DNA of 64,000 bases from Terriglobia bacterium (GTDB taxonomy: Bacteria > Acidobacteriota > Terriglobia > 20CM-2-55-15): NCBI GenBank assembly GCA_963664115.2, contig CAXWPJ010000007.1:40732-104731 (forward strand), written 5' to 3'. A program made the position numbers and the translations under genes. Position 1 is the stretch's first letter. Each line of letters opens with the position of its first letter. The notes below the pieces were generated by a model. The model was not told the origin of the DNA. It saw only the letters and a program-made list of their open reading frames with translations, and made no database searches. Shown here in pieces: positions 9,109-18,680 of this stretch.

Positions 9109-10811
9109 TGAACTGCGCCCGTCTCTCCGGATAGACCCTTGATCGATGATTCGAATGTCCTGCCGAGGCGCTCCAGGACCTGTTCGGCCGCCCGGATGCC
9201 GGAAAAACAGGCTTCTTCGAACAGCGGCAGTCCTGTCGTGTCACACGAGGCGAAATACACGTTTCCGAAAGGCTCCCTCCGAGTGACGCTTTCTGGGCCC
9301 CATATGAGTCCCGGCCTCGGCCGGATCATGGCGTGACCCCACCGGTAAACGTCGATGCGGTCTACGACACGCTCCAGGTCCGGATGGGCCAACAGTAGGT
9401 CCCGCATGATCACGTTGACCCAGTACGGATGTTCTTCTTCAAGGAGCTTTCTACGAGCAAGGTCGATGTCCTCGACGAACGGGAGATAATAAACCAGGAT
9501 CGATGGGTTGTCTCTGTAGACCTGTCGGGTTTGATGATCAGCGACAATGTAGCCTAGGGATTGGCTGTCGCGGAGTACATTGTCCCACGCGATCGAGACT
9601 TCGGCGTTTGTGGGCAACTCGCTCACGTGGATACTGGCGGTCAGCCATGGGCTGTAATCACAGGATTCGATCGCTTCTACCTGGGGCCGTGGCAATCCAT
9701 CGACCAGGAAAGGCGCGGTGTGGAGCTTGGAGGCATGGATCACGGTTCGGGCCGAAATAGTGCGATATGTCTCACTCGGTGTATCGAAGTAGCCGACCCG
9801 AACGCCGGGATTGTCGTTATCGATGTTGTCGATGCGAAGCACCGTGCATCCGAGCCGGTATTGCGAGTCGTCCAGGTCTTGGGCTAAGCGTTGTACCAGA
9901 AACCCGTTTCCCGCGGGCCACGTCAACGTATCCGAAGGGTACTGGTCCCACAGCCGCTCGTCGTAGTATCGGCAGGCGAAATAGTGAATGCCGGCCCAGG
10001 CCGACACGGTTGCCATCATGCTCCCGTAATCGTCCCGGCAAGCATAGTTGATCATCCAATCCAACCGTGGCGAATTCCATCCTTTGGAGCGGACGTAGGT
10101 TTCCATCGAAATCTTGTCGAGATCACGAACCCGGGAGTCCGTGGTGCTGTAGCTGAGAGGGAGTGCGAATGCGCGCCGGCCGTCAAAACCGCGGTAAAGC
10201 GTCCAGGTCAGCATGTCGTCCTCAAAGGCAAGTATGGCTTCGCGGTCCTGGGTTGAGGCCCCGGCGAGCAGATCCCATTCGATCCATCTTCCGTCCATGA
10301 AGACACGTTCGGTGGGCCATCGCAGGATGTGTTGTTCGGGAATCCTCGGCCGTCCGGCCTCATCGTAGCCTTCGATTATGCCCAGGTCGGACAGGACTTC
10401 TTTGACGCAATCCGCTTCCGCGGGCGGAATATTGATGTAGTGTGCCGCCCAGGGGAATTCCGCGCCCTCTGCGCTTCCGGACGCGGAGGTGCCTCCAAGC
10501 CAGGGCTCCAGTTCGAGCAGGACAAAGTTGTCCAGTCCGGCCTTCATCAGCTTCCAGGCTGCGCACAGTCCAGAAACGCCACCTCCGACGATGGCGACGT
10601 CGTAGGTATGAGCATCAGGCTCGGGAAATCGATCGCGAGGGTGGGGTTCGCGCAGAAGATGCCCCGCCTGCTGGCCCCCCCCCACGATTTGCCCCGGAAC
10701 TTTGAAGGTCCTCGGAGGCGGAGTGCCTGAATTCCAGCACGAAGGCACGACCGCCAGAAGGCTGCCGGTCGCGGAGAGGCGAAGGAACCGACGGCGTGTA
10801 AAGAACGACAT
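9105..10811 (-). CDS. FAD-dependent oxidoreductase (amine oxidase-like) with Tat signal, possible lipoprotein
   Basis: TRRRFL leader then VPSC; IVGGGVSGL Rossmann motif; WAAHY, YACRDDYG, RWGHAM, LFEEA; start ATG 10811. Confidence 0.85.
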   Translation of the reverse strand: MSFFTRRRFLRLSATGSLLAVVPSCWNSGTPPPRTFKVPGQIVGGGQQAGHLLREPHPRDRFPEPDAHTYDVAIVGGGVSGLCAAWKLMKAGLDNFVLLELEPWLGGTSASGSAEGAEFPWAAHYINIPPAEADCVKEVLSDLGIIEGYDEAGRPRIPEQHILRWPTERVFMDGRWIEWDLLAGASTQDREAILAFEDDMLTWTLYRGFDGRRAFALPLSYSTTDSRVRDLDKISMETYVRSKGWNSPRLDWMINYACRDDYGSMMATVSAWAGIHYFACRYYDERLWDQYPSDTLTWPAGNGFLVQRLAQDLDDSQYRLGCTVLRIDNIDNDNPGVRVGYFDTPSETYRTISARTVIHASKLHTAPFLVDGLPRPQVEAIESCDYSPWLTASIHVSELPTNAEVSIAWDNVLRDSQSLGYIVADHQTRQVYRDNPSILVYYLPFVEDIDLARRKLLEEEHPYWVNVIMRDLLLAHPDLERVVDRIDVYRWGHAMIRPRPGLIWGPESVTRREPFGNVYFASCDTTGLPLFEEACFSGIRAAEQVLERLGRTFESSIKGLSGETGAVQ

Positions 10812-10824
10812 TGCTGGATGATAC

Positions 10825-11526
10825 TCAGATGCCCATTTTCTTCTTGAGCTCAGCCAGCGAGTCGCTGGTCTCGGCCGAGCTGGGCACCGCAAGGGTTCTG
10901 TCAATCTCCTGGTCCAGGGTGACGCTCGCGTCTGTCATGTCTCCGTAAGCCTCGGCAAGCGACTCCTCCTCTATCACTTTGTCCTTCATCCTTTCCAGTA
11001 GTGCAATCGTACTGGAGGAGTCGGCGTTCGACATCTGCTGGTTGATTTTCCGCATCGATGTCGCCGTCTTGGCACGGGCTCTCAAGGTCACCAACTCGGT
11101 CTCGAAGCGGCTGATGGTTTCCTTCAGCGTTCCCACCTTCGCCTGGAGCTGGTCCCCCATGGATTTTTGCTGCTCGTAATCCTTCTTTAAGGAACCTGAG
11201 CGTTGGAGAGCCTCCTCCTTCTTGGTCAAGGCTTCAGTTGCCAGACGTTCCGCGTCAGCTTCGGGCAGATCCCCGCTCTTCATTTTCTGGAGAAGAAGCA
11301 TCGCTTTTCTTTCGTAATCCTTCGCAAGCTTTTTCTGGTCGTCCGAGTCTTTCTTGAAACGAATTGCGATCGCTTTAACTTGCGCCAGACTCTGCATAGA
11401 GCCCTGCAGGTCTTTCTTCAGGTCGCGAATTCCCTGCTCGCTCATCTTGATCGGGTCTTCGAGCTTATCCGCGACCGAATGTGCCTGGGACTGCACGTTT
11501 TTGAAAATTCTTTGAAAAAAACTCAT
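10825..11526 (-). CDS. pspA: PspA/IM30 (ESCRT-III-like) family protein
   Basis: MSFFQRIF amphipathic start, DKLEDPIKM.EQ.IRD, long coiled coil, LERMKDKV...E..AEA, LAELKKKMG. Confidence 0.92.
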   Translation of the reverse strand: MSFFQRIFKNVQSQAHSVADKLEDPIKMSEQGIRDLKKDLQGSMQSLAQVKAIAIRFKKDSDDQKKLAKDYERKAMLLLQKMKSGDLPEADAERLATEALTKKEEALQRSGSLKKDYEQQKSMGDQLQAKVGTLKETISRFETELVTLRARAKTATSMRKINQQMSNADSSSTIALLERMKDKVIEEESLAEAYGDMTDASVTLDQEIDRTLAVPSSAETSDSLAELKKKMGI

Positions 11527-11942
11527 TTGTCAGCTCCCCCCGACTGTCGGTGACTAAATTTCAGCAACTCTGGGCCGTTTTCGGCCAGGGCAAGCTCCAG
11601 CGACCGGATGGAGCCTTCCAACTCGTTACAATCCAGGTTTTCCAGTTGCAAGGTATCGCGGAAAAGGACACGGTTACCTTCTTCGTCATCGAGCACAAAC
11701 GCTCCATGTACCATGGTTCGGTTCATCTGGAGGAGGCGTTTGAAGAAATCTCCAGCATCCTCGGGGACATCCATGATGAGTTGTTCGAGGATGACGATTG
11801 GGGGTTCGCAGTCAATGATCAGGTTATGAATCCCATTCTCCTCATCCTCCACCACGATCAACTCTTCGGCTTCATCCTCGCTGACGATCTTGAGATCGAT
11901 ATCGAGCAGATAGCCCTTCACCAAGTCTAGGTTCTCGGACAT
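11523..11942 (-). CDS. YbjN/CesT-like chaperone-fold protein
   Basis: LLQMNR.MVHGAF.LD, FRDTLQLENLD.NEL; 4-nt overlap with pspA. Confidence 0.7.
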   Translation of the reverse strand: MSENLDLVKGYLLDIDLKIVSEDEAEELIVVEDEENGIHNLIIDCEPPIVILEQLIMDVPEDAGDFFKRLLQMNRTMVHGAFVLDDEEGNRVLFRDTLQLENLDCNELEGSIRSLELALAENGPELLKFSHRQSGGADK

Positions 11943-11944
11943 GT

Positions 11945-12334
11945 TTACTTCTCCTGTCTGTTTGTCTCGCTCTGGGACCGCTTCCGTAGCCGCTCGTAAG
12001 CACCGTTCAACCGTTGCGTCAGTTCATCGGCTATTTTTAGTTTCTCGAGATCTTTCGAATGCAGATCCGGGTGGTATTTCCGTAACAGCCGTATCCATGC
12101 CTTCCGGACCGTGGCAAGGCTGGAACCATAGGGCACCTCCAGGTTGGAATAGAGTTCGGCCAACTCCGGATCGATGCGCTGGGCGTTAGATTCGATATTT
12201 CTGCTACCGTGGCCCGGCCCGTGGGCCCGAGTCTGCCTTTGGCGTCCACGTGCCCGATCAGCGTGAATCCGTCCGTTCGAGCCAGCGTGGATCTGGGCTC
12301 GAATGAGGCGGATCACGCGGGTTGCCAGTTCCAA
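11945..12334 (-). CDS. J-domain (DnaJ-like) protein
   Basis: YSNLEVP....VRKAW..LLRKYHPD...LN.AYE.L with HPD motif. Confidence 0.85.
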   Translation of the reverse strand: MELATRVIRLIRAQIHAGSNGRIHADRARGRQRQTRAHGPGHGSRNIESNAQRIDPELAELYSNLEVPYGSSLATVRKAWIRLLRKYHPDLHSKDLEKLKIADELTQRLNGAYERLRKRSQSETNRQEK

Positions 12335-12463
12335 TCAATCAGCTCCCTCGAAGACAGGTTTTCAATGACGACATTGCGCGCTCATCAGAATCATAACTCA
12401 ATAGGTTATATTTGGCGGTATTGATAAGCTCGCGTTCGTCAGTGAAGGGATGACTCGATCACC

Positions 12464-13522
12464 ATGCTCAGGTTGATTATGGAATGGTTCCGGCGCTTCA
12501 GGCCGGAAAGACACGGCGAAATCCGTAAGGTAATCCTCTTGTTTTCCGCCCTGACCGCCCTGGGTGCGGTCGGTTATAGACTTTTCGAGGGTGCTGCCGA
12601 TCCCGAGCTGTCCTGGAACGATGCCATTTGGTGGTCGATCGTTACGATGACGACCGTGGGATACGGGGACTATTTTCCAACGACCGCCTACGGTCGCTAC
12701 CTGGTGGCGATTCCACTGATGTTTGTCGGCATCGGCATCCTTGGCTACTTGCTCTCGGTGATGGCAACTGCGTTGATTGAGTCGAGGTCAAAGGAGTTGA
12801 AAGGCATGACAGATCTCCACGTTGAATCCCATGTGCTCGTAGTGAATTTTCAAAGTGAAGGCCGGAATCTAGAGATTGTCAAGGAGCTGCGGGAGGACTC
12901 CAAGACAAAGGACCTTGCAATAGTGTTGGTCGATGACCACCTCGACGAGCTGCCGCCCGAACTGGGGAAACTGGGTGTCCGTTTTGTGAAGGGCAACCCA
13001 TCGAGGGAAAGTGTCCTGCGGCGCGCATGCGTCGACAAGGCGCGTTATGCGATCGTTCTTGCCTCGGAAGTGGACCCATCGCGCGCCGATGACCATACTC
13101 TTGCCGCGGCCCTTACAATCGAATCGATCAACCCCAACATCTTCACGGTCGCCGAATGCCTCGACCCTGAGCGTGTGGGACTGATGCGCCGATCGGGATG
13201 CGACAGCGTGGTCTGCGTGTCCGGTCTCGCATCGTCCTTCTTGGTTCAGGAGGTTTGCGATCCTGGCATGCATGCCGTCGTCAACGAACTGATGTCAAAC
13301 AGATTTGGTCAACAAGTCTACATCGTTCCGGTTGAACAAATGCAAAACTGGGAATTTTCTGAGCTGCAGGCACATCTTTCACGAAAAGGGTACCTTGTAT
13401 TGGGAATACAACGCGGCAGCGAGGCACTGCTCAACCCAGGGAATGCGTACAAGATCGAAGCGAGCGATCACGTCATCTGCATGGGGCCACACAGGCCCGC
13501 TCCGGTTCGGATCTCGAGCTAG
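12464..13522 (+). CDS. Potassium channel with RCK/TrkA domains
   Basis: TMTTVGYGD selectivity filter between two TMs, followed by Rossmann-like RCK and TrkA-C regions. Confidence 0.92.
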   Translation: MLRLIMEWFRRFRPERHGEIRKVILLFSALTALGAVGYRLFEGAADPELSWNDAIWWSIVTMTTVGYGDYFPTTAYGRYLVAIPLMFVGIGILGYLLSVMATALIESRSKELKGMTDLHVESHVLVVNFQSEGRNLEIVKELREDSKTKDLAIVLVDDHLDELPPELGKLGVRFVKGNPSRESVLRRACVDKARYAIVLASEVDPSRADDHTLAAALTIESINPNIFTVAECLDPERVGLMRRSGCDSVVCVSGLASSFLVQEVCDPGMHAVVNELMSNRFGQQVYIVPVEQMQNWEFSELQAHLSRKGYLVLGIQRGSEALLNPGNAYKIEASDHVICMGPHRPAPVRISS

Positions 13523-14286
13523 CGATCTTTGGTCGGTGACTGCGCCTTAGAACGTTTCCAGAATGCGGATAGTCCTAACACCAGAACGCCCACTGAGATT
13601 GCTCCACAAACAACACCCCAGAACCAATACGGCAAGAATAGTAGATCTGCGAGCTGTGCAACGTCGGAGGGCATAGCTCCGGCACCAGTCATCGCGGTCT
13701 TGGTGAAGAGATAGTCCGCGCGCGAGAAAACACTGAGTGCCATCTGTACGGCTAGGACTGCGACAGTAAACTGAGCGATTCCGGCACCAAAGCGTCTACC
13801 CACATAGAACAGGCTTCCACCCACTGCTCCGACGAAAGCAAACCCAAAGACGTTGCGTATGACCAGGACGCAGGCAGCAATCATTAATGCTCCGAATGCC
13901 ATGAGCGCGATCTGTGCAAGGCGCGCGCGGGCGGACAACCAAAACAAGAATGCTCCTGCAACTGCCGGTCCAATGAGCCCGCCCGCCGCTGTGGCCGCAC
14001 GGCTCAATCGGCCCGCGGCGCCTCCTATCATGGCTACCCCGGACCCGTCAGCGTAGAGTCGGAAAGAATCGAACTCCAGGCCAACCAACATTGCCGTCAG
14101 TCCGTGGCCCATTTCATGGGCCACGGTTGACAAGAGAAGAATCGGATAACCGACAACTCCACCAAAGGGAAGCAATGGCGCCAAGATGCCGACGGCTGTG
14201 GCCGCAGTCAACGCAGCTCTCGCACGCGCTCGGTCTGAGGATCCCTGGCGAATTCGTAAGGAATCGAAAAGTCGCTCGAAATTCAT
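13519..14286 (-). CDS. M50B-like membrane metallopeptidase
   Basis: HEMGH, AGG.IGP and SD...LA motifs; multiple TMs. Confidence 0.85.
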   Translation of the reverse strand: MNFERLFDSLRIRQGSSDRARARAALTAATAVGILAPLLPFGGVVGYPILLLSTVAHEMGHGLTAMLVGLEFDSFRLYADGSGVAMIGGAAGRLSRAATAAGGLIGPAVAGAFLFWLSARARLAQIALMAFGALMIAACVLVIRNVFGFAFVGAVGGSLFYVGRRFGAGIAQFTVAVLAVQMALSVFSRADYLFTKTAMTGAGAMPSDVAQLADLLFLPYWFWGVVCGAISVGVLVLGLSAFWKRSKAQSPTKDR

Positions 14287-14425
14287 ATCGCTCGAGAGGG
14301 AATCGTTCCTGACAACTGAAACCGTCGCGTGCCTAACGCGTGCGGCTGAAGAACTGCGACCTCATGCACTCGCCCAACTTTGAACACTCCACGAGCCCCC
14401 GCAACAGTCAGAGTCTTCCCTCGAC

Positions 14426-14584
14426 CTATAATAGACAGTTGACCCCTCGCCGTTCACCTGCCAGTTGTTGAAGCTTGAGGTTGAGCTTATAGGCGACGAC
14501 CTTCGCCTTACGGAGCAGTTCTGTCGTTGAAAAGGATGGGTTCAAGGCGTCCCGCTGCAGTTCGAGGACTATTGGGTCAGGCAT
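14426..14584 (-). pseudogene. Truncated AbiTii-like N-terminal domain
   Basis: IVLELQRDAL.......LLRKAKVVA.KL resembles the AbiTii N-terminus; ends after ~52 aa. Confidence 0.6.
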
Positions 14585-14663
14585 AGCGTGGCAACCTATG
14601 GCAACCAGAGGCGAGAAAACGAAAAAGGCCGCCACTTTGGCAGCCTAACTTCTTTGTTTTCAA

Positions 14664-14737
<74 letters not shown>

Positions 14738-14796
14738 GAAACAGGATTTGGACTACGTCTGGCCGCTCTACCGCATGACAGGGCTGGGGTCAGGGG

Positions 14797-15375
14797 TCAC
14801 AGGATACGCAACAAGCGTTTCGACTCCTCCAGCAACCGATCCAAATCAAGAGGTTTGGGTAAGAAACAGTCCGCTCCCGCCTGAAGAATCTTCGATTCAA
14901 CTTCCGGTTGTCCACTGATCGCAATGATCGCGGTGCGGTTAGCTGGATTTTCCTTGATTCGACGGCAGACTTCGAGCCCATCCACCCCGGGGATGAGTAT
15001 ATCGAGGACGATCAGGTCCGGATGCGAGCGCCCGATTTCAATCAAGGCCGTAATACCATCTGAGGCGGCGTTGACCTCGTATGCATCCTCCCGCTCGAAA
15101 AAGGTCGTCAGGACCTTGACGATACTGTCTTCGTCTTCAACGATCAGCACCTTGAGCTTTTCTGCCGTGAGTGCCGCGGGGACAGGTATCTGGTGCTTTC
15201 TCAGGAAAGCCAGCAAGTCCTCCCGGCTGATGCGGCGATGTCCCCCGGGTGTCCGATAGGAATTGAGCAAGTCCTGCTCAATCCAGTTGATCATAGACCG
15301 GGGATTGACCTGCAGTAACTTGCTGACTTCGTGGGTCGTAAAGATGTCTTTGTTCGGGTTAGTACTTGCAGCCAT
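14797..15375 (-). CDS. Response regulator with N-terminal excisionase/MerR-like HTH
   Basis: FTTHEVSKLL.V, YRTPGGHRRI, then receiver domain (IVEDE, VLD, KP); start ATG 15375. Confidence 0.9.
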   Translation of the reverse strand: MAASTNPNKDIFTTHEVSKLLQVNPRSMINWIEQDLLNSYRTPGGHRRISREDLLAFLRKHQIPVPAALTAEKLKVLIVEDEDSIVKVLTTFFEREDAYEVNAASDGITALIEIGRSHPDLIVLDILIPGVDGLEVCRRIKENPANRTAIIAISGQPEVESKILQAGADCFLPKPLDLDRLLEESKRLLRIL

Positions 15376-15577
15376 CCAGCGTTCCTGCCGCGCCAGGTGG
15401 GGCCGGGGACGCGTTGCCTCGTTCGATACCAATCGAATTCGACCCGGCGGAGCCGAATTTCCATTTTCGCGCCGGTTCCGAACCCGCATCTTCTACCAGT
15501 GGTCCCCGTCACCCTCCCCACATCGACTATCGAGGACCGTATGCGAGCCGGTATAACGTAACATACTGACATTCCTT

Positions 15578-16072
15578 ATGGGAATCGCTATTCGGGATTG
15601 GCAGCCTTCGGATTTCGAGCGGATTACTTCGCTTTGGTTGTCCGCTTATGCGCTTGTCTCCCTCCCGGACGCGCCACTGCGAAGCGACGCAAACCGGGTG
15701 CTGACCGAGTGGCTGGACGATCGATTTCGGGACCGGCGGTCCCTGGGTTATGTCGGAGAACGGGACGGCGATTTCGCTGGATTCGTACTGGGACGCATTG
15801 GCGAGTGGGAGTCGGATCCCCCCATTCTCAAGCGGCGCCGGATTGGACTGATCGACGTGGTGTACGTCCTGGAAGTGCATCGCAGGTACGGGGTCGCAAG
15901 CGCTTTGGTGCAATTTGTCATCGAACGCGCCCGGGCACGCGGTGCGACCGCGCTTGAGACAAGCTTTGAGACTGCTAACGAACCGGCCACCAGGCTCTGG
16001 TGGAGTTTGGGTTTCAAGCCCTGGATCGAGCGTGCCTACCGTCCGATCAGATCCTCAAGCTCAAACGACTGA
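15578..16072 (+). CDS. GNAT family N-acetyltransferase
   Basis: VYV...HRRYGVASAL motif A; N..A..LW..LGF. Confidence 0.85.
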   Translation: MGIAIRDWQPSDFERITSLWLSAYALVSLPDAPLRSDANRVLTEWLDDRFRDRRSLGYVGERDGDFAGFVLGRIGEWESDPPILKRRRIGLIDVVYVLEVHRRYGVASALVQFVIERARARGATALETSFETANEPATRLWWSLGFKPWIERAYRPIRSSSSND

Positions 16073-16199
16073 GATGGAACGCATGGCATCTAAAAGGCTT
16101 CGAAAGCTAAGCTGTGGGTCCAGCCCTGTCGCACCTGATTGCTAAACTACCCCGACGTCGGCCGAACGCGATGATGCCCAAGGGCCTGAAAGTTGGAGT

Positions 16200-17003
16200 A
16201 TGACGGTGAAAATAGTCACCTGCATGAAACTGGTTCCCGATCCCACCGCGCGCCTCCTCATAAACGAAAGTAAAAGCTGGATCCAAGAGACAGACCTGAG
16301 CTTCGTCCTCAACGAAGCGGACAGCTATGCTCTCGAAGAAGCGCTGGCACTCAAAGAAAAACACGGCGGGGAAGTGATAGCCCTTTCCGTGGGACAGGAG
16401 TCGACCTTACGGATACTTCGCCAGGGACTGGCCACCGGCGCAGATCGGGCAATTTTTCTTTCTGACAAGCGGTTTCGAGGTTCCGACGAGTTTGTGACGG
16501 CACAGATCATCGCGCGGGCTGTGGACAAAGACGGAGGAGCCGACCTGGTGCTCACGGGTGTGCAATCCGATGATTTGGGCACGGGTACGACGGGAGTGAT
16601 GGTGGCTGAGTTACTCGGATGGCCGCACGCCAGTGTCGTCATCAGCGTGGACGCGGCACCGGAAGAGAGGCGCGTTCGGGTCAGACGGGAGCTCGAAGGT
16701 GGCATAACCGAAGAGGTCGAATTGGAATCCCCCTGTGTTTTGACGCTGCAGTACGGGATCAATCAGCCACGGTATCCATCGCTGAAGGGAATAATGGCGG
16801 CCAAAAAAAAGGAACTTCGGAAATGGGACCTGGAAGATCTTGAGCTGGGAGACGATGCGGTGGGTGTGTCCGGAAGTATGGTTGAGGTCGCCGCTGTCTT
16901 CGTCCCTGAACGAACCGGCGATGTAGAGATCATCTCCGGCAGCCCCGCGGAAGCGGCTGCCCGGCTGGTTGAAAAATTGAGAAAAGAAGCAAAAGCCTTG
17001 TAG
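16200..17003 (+). CDS. etfB: Electron transfer flavoprotein beta subunit
   Basis: CMKLVPD, N..D.YALEEAL, G.QS.D..TG, PRYPSLKGIMAAKKK. Confidence 0.95.
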   Translation: MTVKIVTCMKLVPDPTARLLINESKSWIQETDLSFVLNEADSYALEEALALKEKHGGEVIALSVGQESTLRILRQGLATGADRAIFLSDKRFRGSDEFVTAQIIARAVDKDGGADLVLTGVQSDDLGTGTTGVMVAELLGWPHASVVISVDAAPEERRVRVRRELEGGITEEVELESPCVLTLQYGINQPRYPSLKGIMAAKKKELRKWDLEDLELGDDAVGVSGSMVEVAAVFVPERTGDVEIISGSPAEAAARLVEKLRKEAKAL

Positions 17004-17013
17004 GTGTGCTCTT

Positions 17014-18036
17014 GTGATATTGGCACTGACGGAACACGAAAACCAAAACTTCAAGCCCCTGACGCGTGAATTACTGGGCATGGCCCGGCGCCTCGGGCAG
17101 GAACTCGAGGAACCGGTGGCGGCGGTGGTCCTCGGATCGGGGGTGGACGGACTGGTTCCAGAGCTCGGGGCCCTGGGTATCGATCGTGTATTCACCGTGG
17201 ATGATCCCGCGCTTTCCGCCTATAGCCCGGATGCCTACCTCGCTGCGCTGGGGGCCGTGACCGACGCCCTGACGAGGGGACCGGACGCGGGGCCAAAAGG
17301 GATTCCGAACAGTCGAAGACCCTATCTCGTGATGGCGGGGCATGCGGGTATCGGACCGGATTTGCTTCCGCGAATGGCGGCGCAGTTGAGGCGGCCCCTG
17401 GTGGCGGCCTGCGTGGATATTGAGAAGCAGGGCGAACGGTTGTTTATGACCCGCCAGATTTTTAACGCGAAGATGCACATGAGGGTATCGCTCCGCGGGG
17501 AGGCGCCGTATTTTGCGACGATAGCGCCGGGTGCGTTTCCGGTCTCCGAAGTCGCTGAAGAAGACAGGGTCCGGCCGGAGACGGTTCCGATCGAACTGGG
17601 GGAAGTGCATATCCGCCAGAGGGTGATCGGCAGGGAAGAGACCGCCACAGGCGCACTCGACTTTGGGTCGGCTTCCACCATAGTTTCCGGAGGCCGGGGA
17701 CTCAAGGCTCCTGAGAATGTGGCGCTTGTCGTCGAATTAGCTCAGGCATTGGGGGGCGCGGTCGGGGCGTCCCGGCCTGTCGTCGACGCGGGATGGTTGC
17801 CACGTGAACACCAGATCGGCAGTTCCGGTCAGACAGTGTCTCCAAAGCTGTACTTCGCCATCGGCATTTCCGGAGCGATTCAGCATCTGGTGGGCATGCA
17901 GACCGCGCAATGCATCGTTGCGATCAACAAAGATGCGGATGCTCCAATTTTCAAGGTAGCGCAGTACGGCATCGTGGGCGATCTTTTCGAGATCGTTCCG
18001 GAAATCACAAAGATAATCAACGACCTGAACGCCTAG
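17014..18036 (+). CDS. etfA: Electron transfer flavoprotein alpha subunit
   Basis: SGGRG, GASRPVVDAGW, QIG.SGQTV.PKLY, GISGAIQH, AINKD..APIF. Confidence 0.95.
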   Translation: MILALTEHENQNFKPLTRELLGMARRLGQELEEPVAAVVLGSGVDGLVPELGALGIDRVFTVDDPALSAYSPDAYLAALGAVTDALTRGPDAGPKGIPNSRRPYLVMAGHAGIGPDLLPRMAAQLRRPLVAACVDIEKQGERLFMTRQIFNAKMHMRVSLRGEAPYFATIAPGAFPVSEVAEEDRVRPETVPIELGEVHIRQRVIGREETATGALDFGSASTIVSGGRGLKAPENVALVVELAQALGGAVGASRPVVDAGWLPREHQIGSSGQTVSPKLYFAIGISGAIQHLVGMQTAQCIVAINKDADAPIFKVAQYGIVGDLFEIVPEITKIINDLNA

Positions 18037-18168
18037 CAGTCGGGCAGCACTCGAACGTTTGATTCGGATCAGCCGATTTGAATTTATTTGCATCCTTTCG
18101 AATAGAAACACCTAGAATCGACCGTGCAGGGACTTCAAATTAGAGTCGTCGTCAGGGGGAAGCGCAGT

Positions 18169-18570
18169 ATGCAGAACGCTTCGTTGTTGATCGGGCTCTG
18201 CCTGATCCTGGCGTTGGCACCGAACGGCTGGAAGGACTGTTTCGAGAAGCGGTTCCGATATTACCAGGGGATGCGTCTCCAAGCCGCGGTAATGATCGCC
18301 AGCAAGGCGGCCGCAGAGGCTGTTGCGGTTGCGAATGCGACTAATCTGGAAGCGGCGACAACGGCACACGGAATCATTGGAAAAGGCTCGCGGCATCTGT
18401 CATTCTCAGTTTCGTGGGAAAGCTCCGGATGGGTCTTTTCGCTTCAAGACAGAGGAGTTAGGCAGTCGACATATCGGCTCGACCGGAGGGAAAACGATCC
18501 CATCCGAGTGGACCAGATACCGGACCAGCGAAGCGCCTGCCTGGAGAAATACGGCAGGACGTTAATTTAA
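18169..18570 (+). CDS. Hypothetical protein with N-terminal hydrophobic segment
   Basis: ATG after AGGGGGA; signal-like N-terminus; no family recognised. Confidence 0.4.
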   Translation: MQNASLLIGLCLILALAPNGWKDCFEKRFRYYQGMRLQAAVMIASKAAAEAVAVANATNLEAATTAHGIIGKGSRHLSFSVSWESSGWVFSLQDRGVRQSTYRLDRRENDPIRVDQIPDQRSACLEKYGRTLI

Positions 18571-18606
18571 TTGACTTTCATTGGGAAGGACGAGTAGCCT
18601 TCTATC

Positions 18607-18680
18607 AGTGAGTGGTGTCTAAAAGAAAGATTTCCTCCACCATCCTACTCTCCCCGCGGCCGAGCCGCGGGGATTTTTTT
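18607..18680 (+). ncRNA. Candidate small RNA
   Basis: TTGACT-N18-TAGCCT promoter-like element (18571-18600), short ORF-less C/U-rich body, strong intrinsic terminator. Confidence 0.4.
18651..18680 (+). terminator. Intrinsic terminator
   Basis: TCCCCGCGGC-cga-GCCGCGGGGA followed by T7. Confidence 0.85.
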
